From contig JBJEJE010000003.1 in assembly GCA_051877755.1 (NCBI GenBank), positions 21,460 to 85,459 on the forward strand: a stretch of DNA of 64,000 bases, given 5' to 3'. The notes under the pieces are model-generated. The model was not told the DNA's origin. It searched no databases and saw only the letters and a program-made list of their open reading frames with translations. The DNA is from Lachnospiraceae bacterium (GTDB lineage: Bacteria; Bacillota; Clostridia; Lachnospirales; Lachnospiraceae). Position numbers and translations under genes: made by a program. The stretch's first letter is position 1, and the number at the start of each line of letters is the position of its first letter. Of this stretch, positions 63,143 through 64,000 are shown in pieces.

Positions 63143-64000
63143 AGAAGATTGCTACCCGTGAAAGCTACGGGAATGCGTTGGTGGAATTGGGAAAAGAGCA
63201 TGAGAATCTGGTGGTATTGGATGCAGATTTGGCAGCAGCTACCAAGACTGGAATTTTCAAGAAAGCATTTCCGGAAAGACATATTGACTGTGGTATTGCA
63301 GAATGTAACATGATGGGTATTGCGGCAGGACTTTCCCTGACAGGAAAGGTTCCATTTGCTTCCAGTTTTGCCATGTTTGCGGCAGGACGTGCATATGAGC
63401 AGGTTCGTAACACCATTGGTTATCCGAAGTTAAATGTTAAGATTGGTGCAACCCATGCAGGTATTTCCGTAGGTGAGGATGGAGCAACCCATCAGTGTAA
63501 TGAGGATATTGCGTTGATGCGTACCATTCCAAACATGGTAATCATCAATCCATCGGATGATGTGGAAGCCAGAGCAGCAGTTAAGGCGGCTTATGAGCAT
63601 GTGGGTCCGGTTTATCTACGTTTTGGACGTCTGGCAGCGCCGGTGATCAATGACAGACCGGATTATAAGTTTGAATTAGGAAAAGGTGTGACAGTAAAAG
63701 ATGGCAAGGATATTACCATTGCTGCCACTGGTTTAGAGGTGGGATTTGCTTTAGAGGCAGCTGAGAAATTGGCAGCAGATGGAATTGATGCGAGAGTAAT
63801 CAATATCCATACCATTAAACCGATTGATAAGGATATTTTAATCAAGGCGGCAAAGGAGACAAAGAAAATTTTTACCGTAGAAGAGCATTCCATTATCGGT
63901 GGACTGGGTTCTGCAGTTTGTGATGTCCTTTGTGAGAATGCACCGGCACCGGTTTATAAGATTGGTATGCGGGATCGGTTTGGCGAGTCTGGTCCCGCAG
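63130..64000 (+). CDS. tktB: Transketolase, C-terminal (pyrimidine-binding) subunit; the 3' end lies outside the window
   Basis: The frame is open from ATG 63130 (MSEVKKIATRESYGNALVELG...) to the window end. DCGIAECNMMGIAAG, GATHQCNEDIALMR and TVEEHSIIGGLGS are present. It overlaps the upstream stop by 13 nt and is not in the ORF track because no stop is reached. Confidence 0.92.
   Translation, partial: MSEVKKIATRESYGNALVELGKEHENLVVLDADLAAATKTGIFKKAFPERHIDCGIAECNMMGIAAGLSLTGKVPFASSFAMFAAGRAYEQVRNTIGYPKLNVKIGATHAGISVGEDGATHQCNEDIALMRTIPNMVIINPSDDVEARAAVKAAYEHVGPVYLRFGRLAAPVINDRPDYKFELGKGVTVKDGKDITIAATGLEVGFALEAAEKLAADGIDARVINIHTIKPIDKDILIKAAKETKKIFTVEEHSIIGGLGSAVCDVLCENAPAPVYKIGMRDRFGESGPA

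Overview
This is an AT-rich chromosomal segment from a low-GC Firmicute. Gene content points to a spore-forming Clostridia or Lachnospiraceae-like anaerobe, but that placement is inference. The left end is origin-proximal housekeeping: mnmG, rsmG, parB/parA with two variant parS sites, pyrC-like, argS and a D-Ala-D-Ala carboxypeptidase. It is interrupted by small accessory insertions. The middle carries two paralogous giant secreted BspA-type LRR surface proteins flanking an XRE regulator, with all three genes preceded by the same promoter/operator module. Next come a Ser/Thr kinase, trmB, a hisA-like/YfhO/galU envelope block and a hybrid histidine kinase. A complete 10-gene Gram-positive Tad/Flp-type pilus cluster spans 34.1-43.4 kb. 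The right part holds dnaX-ybaB-recR-pfk, a large membrane-anchored protein and a SpoVID-like SPOCS/LysM protein. It continues with an HD-GYP protein, an S-box riboswitch plus metK, degV, a HAD hydrolase and rubrerythrin. An Rpn-like PD-(D/E)XK nuclease with a 21-bp tandem-repeat tail is coupled to an XRE gene, followed by a split transketolase. The most unusual signal is non-coding. The 730-bp gap at 52.7-53.4 kb holds two convergent, homologous ~220-nt rod-like hairpin elements with compensatory base-pair changes and conserved internal loops. I read these as a pair of structured RNAs that I cannot assign to a known family from sequence alone. No rRNA, CRISPR array, integrase or classical IS was seen. 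All protein calls come from reading motifs in the supplied translations, not from database searches.
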